A DNA stretch of 64,000 nucleotides from Dimorphilus gyrociliatus (taxonomy: Eukaryota > Animalia > Annelida): positions 434,001 through 498,000 of the forward strand of contig CAJFCJ010000023.1 in NCBI GenBank assembly GCA_904063045.1. The letters are read 5' to 3'. Both the position numbers and the translations under genes were made by a program. Under the pieces are notes generated by a model that did no database searches, was not told the DNA's origin, and saw only the letters and a list, made by a program, of their open reading frames with translations. Below, one piece after another: positions 25,401 through 39,241 of the stretch; positions within the stretch are counted from its first letter, which is position 1, and the number at the start of each line of letters is the position of its first letter.

Positions 25401-27239
25401 ATTATATACACTAAATAATCAAGCATCCCGACAAAGAATTAAATTACCGATAATAGTTGTTAATTGATCTTATGCCAATAAGATTACGTAAATTAAGTGA
25501 TAAAGTCAAATTGCAGTGATATACTGCACGGTATTCTGTAAAGTTTCTTTCGCCAGTTAGGCAATCAGTCAATCCATAAAGAGGACAAAAAAGGAAATGA
25601 TGGGGAGGTTGATCAATCCAAACTCTCCTGATCTCCTTATGCTTGCCTTAACGCGCTTTCCCCGAGAATTTGTTCTTTAAATTAACTTTTGTCTTAGTTT
25701 TGTGTATAATATAGTCGTTTTTCTTTAGCTTCTCTTTCATATGTTTCGAATTGATTTTAACAATTTAATAATAGAATAAATTAAAGAAATATACGAATAA
25801 ACATATATTACACAGCAAATATATATATATACTGTATATACAGTATATACTATTATTAATATATCGAACTTATTTATATTCTATATTACTATATTATATG
25901 GTGTAGATAGTATATGTGAAAGAATTTATGTGTTTAATTGTTTGAAATGTTAGACGAGAAGCCTCTATATTTATATTATGCTGTTAGGAAAAAGGGAAAG
26001 GAATGATAATAATAATAAAAACAAGTGAGAAAATCGAAGTGATGGAAAAGCGAAAAGAAAAAATAACTTATATTATATAAACAATGCTATATATATATAT
26101 ATATATATAAACGTATATATAGCTTTTTTCTGGCTTATCTCTAGTTTTAACCATGAAATTGATTTAGAGAAAAATGGCTTATAAATTCTTACAAAAGAAT
26201 TTTTTATTTACCAATAGTGATAACGAAAGCATAGGGGGAGAGTTGGAGAACTGTCTATCTATGGACAAAAGTCCAGTCAGGGCGTTGTTTCCGGTCTGAT
26301 GCGCAAAGTCGTCGACCCAGTGAAGGATGAGGGGCCAGGTTCGCGTGAAGTCAATAAAAAAATTGCAGTTGATGCTAGAGGAGACGTTGACGAAGAATAT
26401 GCATTTGCAGAAGGTAATTTCCGTCGGGCGCGGGTCTGAGTCAATATAAGGGCGAAAATTTGTTTGTTCGGACAGGATCTGGAAACGCTGTCGAACGAAG
26501 TCGTCCGATTAAGCAGTGCAGAAGAGATTGACAGGGTAGTTCAAATTTCAACATTTCTAAATATAAATATCTTCCTATGAAAATTTTATGCAATCCAATT
26601 TTGATAATTAAATTAAGATAAAGTCTAGGAATATTTAATTATCAGTAAATAGAATGTCAGCGTTATGTACTTAACGTTATTTAAATAATTATTAATTTCA
26701 AATTTATTATAATTAATATTTACACAACAGTCACCTTTGTTCGTTAGAGTGTATTACTGTCACTCTTCAAATTTCTTCCTTAAATAACTTTTTATCCTTT
26801 TCTTCTATCAAGTTATTCCTTCGTTCTTATTATTTTACTACTATGTTGTTGAGAAAGGAAAACACAATATAGTATCTCTATCCTATTTTTAACGCTATTT
26901 CAACCTTACCAACCCTGCCAATAAATCCAATAATAGATTGTTGCATTTTTATTGAATTTTGATTGGCTCGTTCAATATTCACGAAAGCAAATATACAGTA
27001 TCTTGTACATTAAATACTTTATATACTTATATAGTAAATACCATATACTATTATTCGTATGTATAGTAGACAGCATACCGACCTATATCCTATATCCTAT
27101 ACACCCAATAGATGTAAAAGTTCGATTTAGAGTTGATAGTATTGCTAATAGTGATAGTAATAGTACTACTAGCTGTTTGTCAACAGAAGAGAGAAAGATA
27201 TATATATATACTTTATATACTAATATATATATATATACA

Positions 27240-27289
<50 letters not shown>

Positions 27290-27913
27290 TTGTAGTCATT
27301 TTATTGCTTGGCATAAAAAGTAATAATAGCAATCCTTGTATTGGTAGTTTTTAAGTGGTTATTAATGTAATAGTAGTAACTGTGATAGTTTTTATAGTGG
27401 TAAGGAAATACTGAAAGATGAAATTAGTACAAATGTGCGTCTAAAATAGCAAAACAATATATATCAAGTAGAGAAATTTTAATAAATCTAAAGTTACTTC
27501 AGCACTTATCGGCACACAACACATCTACACATAGACACTTTTTCTTTTCATAGCATAACATACAGTATATACCGTATATATATAATACTTATAACAATAA
27601 ATATTCATAAAACTGTATTTGTATCTACATTCAGTCTACACAGTATTTATAAATTGTATAACGTAAGCTATTTAATTATTTTTTACTGAATATATTTTAT
27701 ATATGAAAAAAGGTGCGTACTCAATTAAATTCGTTTAGTATAGTTTTATGAACTTTAATTTTATAAAAGTTGTTGTTTGGGAAGAGCATGTGTTATAACC
27801 CATCCTTATTTTTTTCAAAACTATATATACTACATAAATTAAATATATATGTATATAAATGTATATATAAATTTATATATCATTCTTTATATACACTATG
27901 TAACGTTCAATTG

Positions 27914-27961
<48 letters not shown>

Positions 27962-28680
27962 GTTATATAACATATTCTATATTAGAAAACATACAAAATT
28001 TAGCTGAAAGTGTATATATGCCGTATTTATATGTATATATATAAACGTTTTATATATAGTATATATATTTATACTTATATATATATATTTATATATAAAA
28101 ATTTATATATATATATATATATATCGAAGCGTTAGTAAGGTAAAACGTATTGTAAACAATATGTTAAACAAATATTAAGCATAAGAGGCATTTTTATGTA
28201 TTGGATGGGGTTTATTGGGAAAACTGGTGTGTTTTATAACAAGAATTACAAGATAAATATACTGTATATAACATATTTATTGCTAGTAAAGCGAATTGAA
28301 TTCAATGTCTAATCAAGATAAAAAACTATACTATTCATTCTCAATGCACATGTTATGAGTTTGAACGCTTCACTAACGCTCTTTAAACTACAAATCTGCA
28401 AGTCTGTACAGAAAATAGAACTATACAAAAACTATGAAAAGTAAATTAAGCCTATACAACAGCATTTTGCAGTATATATATCGTAGGCTGATCAATACAT
28501 CCACTGGACGGCGCCACTAACGCCCAATCGAAAACTGCATAATGCTAGTAGGCCCGCTTTCCTAGCATGGCGTTTTTTGCAGTATTGCAGTCAGTACTGC
28601 GCAAGATGTTGTTGCAGCATTGTTCTACATAGAAGGAAATCTCTCTTGCTTTTTAAAGGGAATTAAAATCAAGACACAGT

Positions 28681-28984
28681 ATGGCATCTGTGGCCGCCTG
28701 GCTTCCTTTTGCTAGGGCGGCTGCGATAGGATGGGTTCCCATCGCCCAGAACCCGATGCCTGCTCCTCCTGTTTCAGGTATGAAAGAAAAGGAGGCGGAT
28801 GAAAAATTAAGAATAAATGTAAGTGGAAGATGTTTTGAAACTTGGAGGCATACCCTTGAAAAATACCCGGATACTTTATTGGGATCTAATGAGAAGGAGT
28901 TCTTCTATAATGACGAGGCAAAGGAGTACTTTTTTGATAGGGATCCCGATATATTTAGACATGTACTTAATTATTACAGAACTG
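28681..28984 (+). CDS. Shal: Shal/Kv4 voltage-gated K+ channel exon 1 (N-terminus, T1 domain)
   Basis: [20 protein letters not shown] is the diagnostic Kv4 N-terminus (KChIP-binding), followed by T1 INVSG...[20 protein letters not shown]|GTAGGT. Confidence 0.98.
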
Positions 28985-29211
28985 GTAGGTGCTTTATCTT
29001 TATTATATTATATTAAAAGGAGTATAGAAGGAACAACAGTAAACACTATACTTTTCGAGCAAAACAGTAGATGAATCCTTTGACAAAAATACAAGCATAA
29101 AAACAACTAGTCTTTTATTCTTTATACAATTGATTGACTACACGGAAATGTTATAAATATAAAGTATTATAAAAGAACGAAATATCCTACACTTTCTTGT
29201 ATATTTGTTCT

Positions 29212-29247
<36 letters not shown>

Positions 29248-29681
29248 GTTCACTTTATCTGTCTATATCTATCTTTCTTTCACTATATCCCTCCCTTTTC
29301 CTTCTTTCTCTCCCTTCCAATCGCTCTCTATCGGTCTCTCTTCCCTCCTTTACTCCTTAGTCATTCAGTTTCTATTTCCCAAACCTATTTTGCCTTTTTT
29401 CCTCTTCCCCAAGCCTTTACACCTTTCTCATTGTGTATATGACTGTATCATCTTAATTTCTATCCTTTATTTTCTGGGAGTATTTATACAATTCATTTTT
29501 CTCCACGAATAGGCCTAAGCACTTGAATGTTTACGAAACAAGTGTTAGCATCTAAACAGAGGAGAGGGCAGACTTAATATATAAATTATATTTAGAATAT
29601 ATATATATGCAATTTATATATTTATATATATCATGCCCTCGTATAAATGTATTCAAAGAGATAGATAGATAGATAAGTATG

Positions 29682-29712
<31 letters not shown>

Positions 29713-32244
29713 TTAAATAGAAAGGTATAACAAATTAGTACAGATGCATAGAGAAAAAATATCTTTGTTTTATATAGAAAATAAATGATAACTCGTCTAA
29801 ATTAATTATAATCAATAGATATATATATACAGTATATTGTATATTACATTATATTCTGCTTTTACATAAACGTATTATCTGTATTAGTAGTGCATACACT
29901 GTCTATCGCATCATCTGCCTATGAGAAAAATGAAAATAATATATAAACTAGTATATGATGGATCATATGTGTATAAATACGTATATATTTACTAATTCAT
30001 GTAACATATATTCAAGTAAACTGTAGGCGTATTGATAAAAATGGAAATGCGGCTTATAGAGATATTTATGTACATAGACTCTATGTGCTATGCATATCTT
30101 TAAGATGATATATTCGAATGATGGTTAATCAACATTGCGATTTATCCTAATGACCCTATAAGAAAATTATTCAAATAGATTTATATGCTTAAAAAGAAAA
30201 CAAACGCGTGTTTGCTCATCATCAATACTACAGTATTTAGTGTGAAAAATAGATTATTTAAATGGTCGTAAGGTATCGAAAAACAATTTTTAATTGAATA
30301 GACAAACATATAAACAAGAAGAATTGAACAATATATTATTAATTGTATATACTACACACATATAACTTGGCAGTTGTGTGCATTATTTAACTTTCTATCT
30401 ACCTTTACTAATTTGTTACATACTTTTCATTTATGAGAGTAAAAGAACGAAAGAGAAAGACACGATTACTATGCATCAGTTCTCTCCGTGTGCAATATGG
30501 AAATGTACTACAGGCGTATACTTTAGTATACCTATACACAGTATTTATACGCTAATACGCAAAGAGCAGGCTTATAAGTAGACGTTACATAGTTTTACAA
30601 TTTAATTACACAGGTTTTGTATTTATTTTCTGTTATCTATACATTCATTAAACAATTACTTCAATTAACATTTTTTTTTTAATTTTCTTATCCAAATCCT
30701 TAAGGGTGATATTCGAGTAAACAAGAAAATGGATAAAACTGTATAATTCTCTTTTCTTAATCTTATTTCTTATGATTTTCTTTCTTTTTGCTTTTCTTTC
30801 TCTTTGCTTCGACTATCCACTGTTTTTATTTACTATTTTCCCCCTCTTATCCTCCTCCCAACAACTCCCTCCCCCACCTCTTTCTTCTTACATCTGTTTG
30901 AGAGGTGAGAGAATAGAGAGTATGTGTGTGTGTGTGTGTGTGTATGTGAGAGAGAGAGAGAGAGAGAGAATCACATTTGAGTAATAGTTCTAATGATCTG
31001 TAACATTAATACGGTAAAATATGTTAAAAGGATATCGCATTGGAAACTAATAACACTATTTAATAGATATATCTATGTAATACTAACTTGCTTAAAAGAG
31101 AAGAGGGCAGCATGAGAGAAAGTAGAAAAAGCAATAAATAACGAAATTTTGTAGATAAATTGTTTAAGTATATTTCGAGGTTAGTCTAATGGTAATTACG
31201 TATAATTTTAAAATAAGCTGTGACGTCTTATTCCTAAAATAAGGCTAAAGGTAAAATAGGTAAGGAAAGGGGATATATTAGATTATTTACAAGATTCTCT
31301 TTTTAGTTGTAGGTAAAAAGTCTTCAAATAGATTAATAAATAAATAGAACGTGAATATAATTAGAGAACGTTAAAAATTTGCTGGCCTAAATTCGTTAAA
31401 AGCAATAAGAGTAAAAAGTCTAAAAGAAGATTAAAATTTGCGTGTAGGCATAGATGACAAACTTAAATGCCAAACGAACGGGTTCGTTAATGAAACGATT
31501 AGGTTATCGAGGTTATTTATATGTCCAATTTATAAATGATTACGTAAGAGAGGGCATTGTTGAAGACAGTTTGTCAGTCGGTATTCGTATATAAGTCAGA
31601 GTGCATATGTGTAGAATGGCAAACGATTCGTGATTCATTCATATATTAATTGAATACAACCGAAGAGCGTCACCTGGCGGTAGCCATGGTAGTAGCCGAT
31701 AGTAATAGTAGTAATAGTAGGGAAGTGATTTTCACGGTTGTTTATTGGTTATGTCAGTGGAAGACAGAGAGTGTCAGGTAAAGGTGAAAAGGGGAAAAAA
31801 TAATATTAAACTTGAAAGATAGAAAGCGAAATAGACGCGCTAACAGATTAGTTGAAATACTGTTTAGGTGAATAAAAGACATGAATAATTGAACAGCGAA
31901 TCGAACAAGGTAGATAGCTGAGTTGAAAACTTATTTTAGAGAAAATACGTCGGAGTAAACTGGTAATATTTTTCTATCGTATTCTAATGTGACGCCCCCT
32001 GATGAAATAGGAAATTCCATTTCCGATTGATTCCAGGCAAAATGCCAAGCATTCATGTATAAACAAATCGCATTTGTGCTAAAGCTTTATTCCCTAAGCC
32101 AATATTTAAAACAAGAAAAAAAAAGTAAAAGTTACTTTCTTCAATAAACTTTAAAAGGAGAAAATAGACTATGTGCTTTACTGATTTATACAGTATACTG
32201 TTCCTTTGAAGTGGAATAGATATCGAAGATTCTTCTCCTAACAG

Positions 32245-33049
32245 GCAGACTCCATTATCCAAAACACGAGTGTATTAGCGCGTACGAAGACGAATTGGCC
32301 TTCTTTGGTGTTATTCCAGACATAATCGGCGATTGCTGCTACGAAGACTACCGTGACAGAAAACGAGAAAATTCCGAACGCCTTTTAGATGATAAAGCCT
32401 CCGAAAAGGGTGATATCGACCCAAGCACAAGTGTTCGGGAGAAAATGTGGAGGGCCTTCGAGAACCCGCATACATCCACCTCAGCGCTCGTCTTCTATTA
32501 CGTTACGGGTGTCTTCATTGCTGTATCAGTAATGGCTAACGTAGTCGAAACGATACCTTGTGGTATAATGACGGGAACTAGACGAAAATTACCTTGCGGA
32601 GAAAGATACGAAGTAATCTTCTTCTGTCTCGATACCGCCAGCGTTATGATCTTTACGGCGGAGTATCTTCTAAGACTGTTTGCGGCCCCAAACCGTTGCA
32701 GATTCATGAGAAGCGTTATGTCAATCATTGACGTTGTTGCTATTCTACCCTACTACATAGGCCTTGGCATAACCGATAATAAGGATTTGTCAGGTGCCTT
32801 TGTCACACTCAGGGTTTTCCGAGTGTTTCGCATCTTCAAGTTTTCAAGGCATTCACAAGGATTGAGAATTTTGGGATATACTCTTAAGTCTTGTGCCTCA
32901 GAGTTGGGCTTTTTGCTGTTTTCACTTACGATGGCCATCATCATTTTCGCCACAGTTATGTTCTACGCTGAGAAAAATGTACCTAAGACGAAGTTTACTT
33001 CGATCCCCGAAGCCTTTTGGTATACTATTGTCACTATGACAACCCTTGG
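32245..33049 (+). CDS. Shal: Shal/Kv4 exon 2 (T1 end, S1-S5, pore helix)
   Basis: ctaacag| [22 protein letters not shown]; S4 [25 protein letters not shown]; [13 protein letters not shown]|GTAAGT, phase 2. Confidence 0.98.
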
Positions 33050-34356
33050 GTAAGTCTTTCAGTCTGCTAGTATTCTTCAAAACGTTTTCTTTTCTATCTT
33101 AAACGATTATTAATCCGTCCATTTAGTAGTAAAGCGCCTCCATTTATTCAAATTTAATACAGCAAAGAACTTTCATTAATCTTTAAAGTCCTATTTGTAG
33201 TTTCTTCACGCTTTTGACGTCAGACTTTGAAATTGCCATTCTGACTTTGAGAAATGTTTTTCTTGGGTTTTTCCTCTTCTTTTTTTTATTTATCTTTAAA
33301 TAATTTAAATAGGAGAAAGAAGAGGAAAATTGTAATTTTCTTTTACAATCTTTTTCCCCTTAACGGGTCATGAGAGTAGGTTTGAAAAAATTGAAAAACG
33401 AGACTCAACAGACTAAGAGACACTTTTAAAATAATTTTAATATCGTTTGATCAATATTTTAGCGATTAAAAATTAATAAATTAAAATATTGAAATTGGAC
33501 ATAGTTCAGTAAATACAGTATTACGGCATAGATGTATACATATAGGTTTATAAGCCTTACTGTTATTAATAGTAATCATAGCTCATTTTGATAATAGTAT
33601 TAACTTTTTTTATATATTTTATTTTCATATGCTTCTGTATGCAAACATTCCATTAATATACAATATTATATATTTATTAGACAAGCTTATATAAATGTAG
33701 TGTTATAACACATAGTTTCGATACTGTTTACTGTTGAGAAGGTTATATTTGACTACATGCATGCACATGTTAATAAATATGTATATACACCACACTAATT
33801 CTTCCTGCCTCCATCCCTCCTCACTCTCATTCCTCGCCTTCTCATTCACGTACTAAGCATATACTATATAACTATTTATTTATTTATTGTTGACTAGATT
33901 TATATCGCATAGCTGGCCATAATTTTGTTTATTCATTCATCTATTTGTGTTTTGTACGTCATTTGTCATTTGTGAGATATTGGTTATTATTTATTAGTTT
34001 TTATATTTTATTATTGCTTTTTGTCTCTCTTGAAACAAAACAAAATACTGGACTGGATCTATTTTTAGAAATGAAAAGATAGTAAAACGTAGGAAGGAAG
34101 GGAAAAGTAATACAAGAGAAAGAAGATAAAGACGAGTTAGGTGTAGACGTTGATAATGATGAAAGAAAATATGGAAATGCACCAAAGATTTCAACAGAGT
34201 AGGCGACCAGAAAAGGAAAAAAATCTATTACCTTTTTTATTCATCAATTTTTTTAAATAGAGGAAATTGAAAATAGAAGAATATAATGAAATGCATATTC
34301 AGTCCTTCATTTGTTTTCGGAGACGGAATATCAACGTCATATTACATGTCATTTTC

Positions 34357-34430
34357 GTTGCTATGACAACTAGGCGTGACGTCAGCCCATAGATATCCAG
34401 GGTTTGTATGTGACGTCATCAAATTTGCAT
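34357..34430. promoter_or_regulatory. Candidate intronic enhancer: RFX X-box + two CRE + octamer
   Basis: GTTGCTATGACAAC 34357-34370, TGACGTCA 34377-34384 and 34411-34418, ATTTGCAT 34423-34430. Confidence 0.55.
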
Positions 34431-35639
34431 GACGGGTCGCGTCTTTTTTCAAGTTCTAATATGTGATTGCGTTTAATGAGATTATTTTTGGTCAAATCAA
34501 AGAGGGTGTAAGAAAATATTAGAGAGTGTAGGTTGATCTAGGAGACTAATAATCAGTCAAGGATTATTTGCTTTCATAGTGCCTTTAAGAGAAGATATGA
34601 GGGAAATCCAAAGGGATGAATGGAGATTGAATACAATATAAAATATTAAGAAATTGCTACGTAAAGTAGGCTAATTGTAGTCTTTGAAATGAATATAGTA
34701 CAGGGAAGGAATAAAAAAAATTCTACACGTTACTTGTATTGTAGACTATATATAATGAAATTCTGAGTCTCTATTTATGTATGTATTTGTTTCTTTTTTC
34801 CAGAGAAATTCCACTATATACAGTATATATATATATATATATTATACTTTACTTGTATTTATCATATCTATTAAATCAAAGATTCAATAAAGGGAATTTG
34901 TAGGAAGATTTTGATTATGCATAAGAATAAAACAATACAAACAAGAAAAAAAGCATAGAATACTATATTAAATAAATAATAGAGATAGTTATTAAAAAAA
35001 TTAATATTAGTTAACAGGAAATATATATAAATATATAATATATCAATATATAAATAAGTAAGTAAATAATTATAAAGATAAATGCTCATAAATTAACTAT
35101 ATATGCATAGGTTTGTGCTTTAATATATCAATATTAATTCATATTTCGCTTGCCCCCTCCCCCCTTCCCTCTATTCTCCTACACGACACCCCTTCTCCTT
35201 CCCCTCCTTTCACTCTCCCTCTCTCTCTCTCTCTCACTCACACACACACACACACACATACACACACACAAAGCTTCCTCTAACTCTAATTCTTTCTCTT
35301 TCTTTCTCTCATTCCTAGCCTCCCAATAATTCAAATATCTAAAGAAACTGCTTTTCGCCTAGATGATGATAAGAATTTTTATTCATCGGTGACATCTGTT
35401 TCATAATTAAATAGACCTGAGTCTCGTGCAAACAATTTCTTGTTAATTTTATTTTCGGAGAGCCTACAGGATGAGGGCTCTTAATCTATGATAAAGGTCC
35501 AATTATACGACTTTTAACTATCTCTTAACACTTGCTTTTTGAAAGTAAGAGATAAAAAATAAATGTTCAGACTAGCTAATTTCTTTTTATTATTTTGTCC
35601 AAGTTTTCTTATTTAGTCTTCTTTTTCTTCTTCTTACAG

Positions 35640-35802
35640 ATACGGTGATATGGTGCCGAGTACAATAACTGGCAAGATAGTGGGAGGAGTCTGCTCTTTG
35701 TCAGGCGTTCTCGTTATCGCGCTTCCGGTTCCGGTTATCGTCTCGAATTTCAGTCGAATCTACCACCAAAACCAGCGAGCAGATAAGCGTAAAGCTCAAA
35801 AG
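35640..35802 (+). CDS. Shal: Shal/Kv4 exon 3 (GYG filter, S6)
   Basis: ttcttacag|A TAC GGT GAT completes TTLGYGD; S6 [29 protein letters not shown]|GT. Confidence 0.98.
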
Positions 35803-36468
35803 GTCTCGTCAGTTTCCAAATTTTATCTCTCGTTTCCGATGACGATAGAACTTAGGCCTATTTCCAACTTAATTGTAGATGATTATCGTCTTTGTTAGCA
35901 ACCATTCGGAAGCTCGTGATCTATTTTTAGATGTCGGGTAAATTTAACAGGCTCAAAAAGAGGATAGGCTTACGTATTCTATTAGTGTTTATGCTGGATA
36001 TTGAGCAAAGGATTTACTTTTATTATTTATACTAGTACACGTGCGCATACATACATACATACATACGTATTTACCTATATGTATATAGATGAAGGCGGAC
36101 AGGAATCAGTCATTAATGCATCTTAGATGTTATATAGGGACGATTTAGATATTTCGCAATGATGAAAAGAATTTTCCTTCTTTTTTTCTTAGCTTAAATA
36201 AGAGAGAAAAATATTTGGGAATAAAGTTAAAAGTATACAAAGTTCAACAAATGTTGTTTGTTGAAATGTTTAGCCTGTTAAAGGTCATTTATAAGCGAAT
36301 TATTAGATATACAAAGAATAATCTAACCTTTGATTTAACAATCAAAATAATAAAAAAAACCTCTTCTCTTTCTTTAAGAAAAAGAGAAATAACTAAAAAA
36401 TGTTGGCAACACGAAATGAATGAATTTTTACCAATTCATCACTTCCTTTTCCCTTTTCTAAATAATAG

Positions 36469-36654
36469 AAAGCGCGTATGGCTCGCATAAGGATGGCCAA
36501 GAACGCTGCTAGTTCGGCCTTCTTGACGTCCAAAAAGAAGACGGAGGAGAAAATGGCGGCAAGGGAGAGAGGAGTTGACGTTGAATTCGATGGAAAAGAG
36601 GACGTTTTCGAAATGCAACACCATCATCTGTTAGCCTGTCTGGAAAAGGCTACA
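36469..36654 (+). CDS. Shal: Shal/Kv4 exon 4
   Basis: aataatag|KARMARIRMAK...FEMQHHHLLACLEKAT|GTGAGT, matching the Kv4 HHHLLxCLEKT motif. Confidence 0.95.
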
Positions 36655-39091
36655 GTGAGTTTTTCTTCCTTTTTCTCTCTATTTTTTTTTACAACCGAAA
36701 ATTTTTACATATGGATTTTTTTCCTATTAAACCTACACAACACACCAAGTATATATAATTTGCGCATGCGCTGTAAGTGCAACAGCGTTTTCATTTTTAA
36801 GGCACTGGCAAGGCTTATTTAAATGTACTCGCATAAAAAGATTATTTACCATATTATATGAGAAGAGAATTTCCGTAGATTATTATGAAATTTCCTCTTT
36901 TTATTTTGATTTTCTCAGACTATTTTTCCCTGGTTGAGAGTCTAATTAGACAAGAGGAGAATTTAATTAAATCAGTCGGTTCCTTTTTTCTTTTTCTTTT
37001 ATTATTTTTGTAACAAATTATATTCTACAGAATTTATAACTAATGTATAAATATTAATAATCATCATCATAATAAGTTAATACAACGTAAATAGATCTAC
37101 GTTATATAATTATGTGATGAACGGGCTGAAAAGAAAATCAAAAGAGAAAGGAAGGGCAGGATCTTTTACTCTTTCGTGCATTTCTAAGCCTTGTTTACAT
37201 ATCTCTTTTATTATTATTATTATTTTTATGTTTTTATTCAAAAGTATAGTTTCTGTTTATTTTAAATCAAAAATAGCTGAAAAGGAAACAGGTACCTATA
37301 CATAAAAACGCATATATTCAATAATATATGTATATAAATATCTATATACAGTGTATATATCTATATATAGATATATATATATATATATATATATATGAGG
37401 CTATTTAAATATTTCGTATATTTATATGTGTATTGTATATAATTGAGCATAAAAAAGAACCTTGTGGATAGAGATGCTTTTTATTAATTAAGAAAACTAA
37501 AAAAACAAAAGACGTATTTACTTGGCGAAAAACAAATTATATATACTATATATTATATTACAATATACTGTATATATAATACAAATAACGGTACGAAAAA
37601 TATGTAATATATAGAATAAATTAACTTATTTACATATTCATTAAATTTTTGAATGAAACGAAAATACACATTTAAATTTAACGAAATATATTCGTTCACG
37701 TCAATTGGTTAAAGATGAGTGAATATTAAATTGTATTTTGTCATATAAAATGAAAATATTGCGTTGTTTGACAATGTAGATATGTCTATTAATGTTTATC
37801 AAGGAGAATCTTTCATCAATAATTTGTTTATATAAAGTATTTGATTACAATTTAAAATTAATCAATTAAAGAAATGAATTTAAATGATGAAAGACTCTTT
37901 CTTAGGGGCTTTCGAACTGGTAAAAAATTTTCCTAGGAAGGGCTTTGATTAGATTGTTTATTCTTTTTAAGTGAGAAAATGCAATGAGATTAAACAACGG
38001 CTTCCAGAATCAAAAAAAAAACACTAAAGAATAGGAGACCTACAAGTAGAAGAGAGAGAGATAGGCAAAGAGACGTACAAAAAGTAACAACAAAAAATAT
38101 ACACACTATAAACTAGTACAATGATGAAAAGATGGAAAGAGCTAGATAGGAATGCAGAGAAAAATAAAATAAATTAACCTCTAATAACTAAGAAATATGA
38201 AAAGATTTAGGAATTCTCTCCGGCATAATTATACTCAAAGGAGTCATTCCTAATCAACCATTCTCTTTGTATGTAGCTTACCAGTCCTTATAACTTTCCT
38301 TGTAATCCATCTTACGTTAGGAAAAAATTAGGTCCACATTTGAATCTTTCTACTAGATAATCTAATCGATATTTACAATAACTTATTGCACCTGTACTGG
38401 AAATGAGTTTCTTTCACTGCAAACTTCTGGTTGGTAAATCGGATTTTGCAGAAGTAACTGTTTAATTCACAGCTGTTGAAATGTAAACTATTTATTTGAT
38501 GGAATTTCTTAGTTAGTGACTCTTGACTTTTTATTTTTCAAAATTATTGAGATTTTAGTAGAAAGATGCCAATATTAAAATTATTATAATAACGTATCAG
38601 AGACAAGATTCTATTATACTCTTTTGCTTCTTGTTCTTCTTGTTCTCATTATAATCATCATCATCATCTTCCTCTTCTTCCTCTTCTTTCTGATATTTCT
38701 AACACTCTTTACACACTCTACTCTTCCTCTTTATCGTTAGCCCCACCACTCTCCCGTCTACCCTTCTAACACTCTCTCTCCCTCTCTCCTTCTTCAAACC
38801 CCTATTCTTTTTTCTTACTCTTTTTCAAAGAGACAGACCGTCTGTTTAATCTCATTGCTGGCTCATCGTCGGAACTAAGTGTGGTTATTATTCTCGTGCA
38901 CGTATCTCTTCAAACCACGTGATCTATCAAGTGTGTGTATTTTTTTGGCATGCACCGAAATGTCGTACGCAATATGATTGAACAATACCATTTTATTCAT
39001 TTAGTTAAGCGTTTGTGGCGAATGGCAAAACTCTTATCAATAGTTGTTCGTGTTTTGTTTAAATTACTAATCCACTAAATTTTCTAATTAG

Positions 39092-39241
39092 GGTCGAGAA
39101 TTTGGTGATGCGGATTTTAATGACTTTTCAAGTCCTGTTCAAGAGCAGATGCCCGTTATAACTAGGCAATCTTCAACCTCATCAATTGAGCAACATTTAT
39201 TTTCCAGTTGTTGCCCTCGTTCTAGGAAAAGCAAATACGAA
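39092..39241 (+). CDS. Shal: Shal/Kv4 exon 5
   Basis: ttctaattag|GREFGDADF...LFSSCCPRSRKSKYE|GTAAGT. 150 nt, phase 0-0; REF and SSCC match the Kv4 C-tail. Confidence 0.88.
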
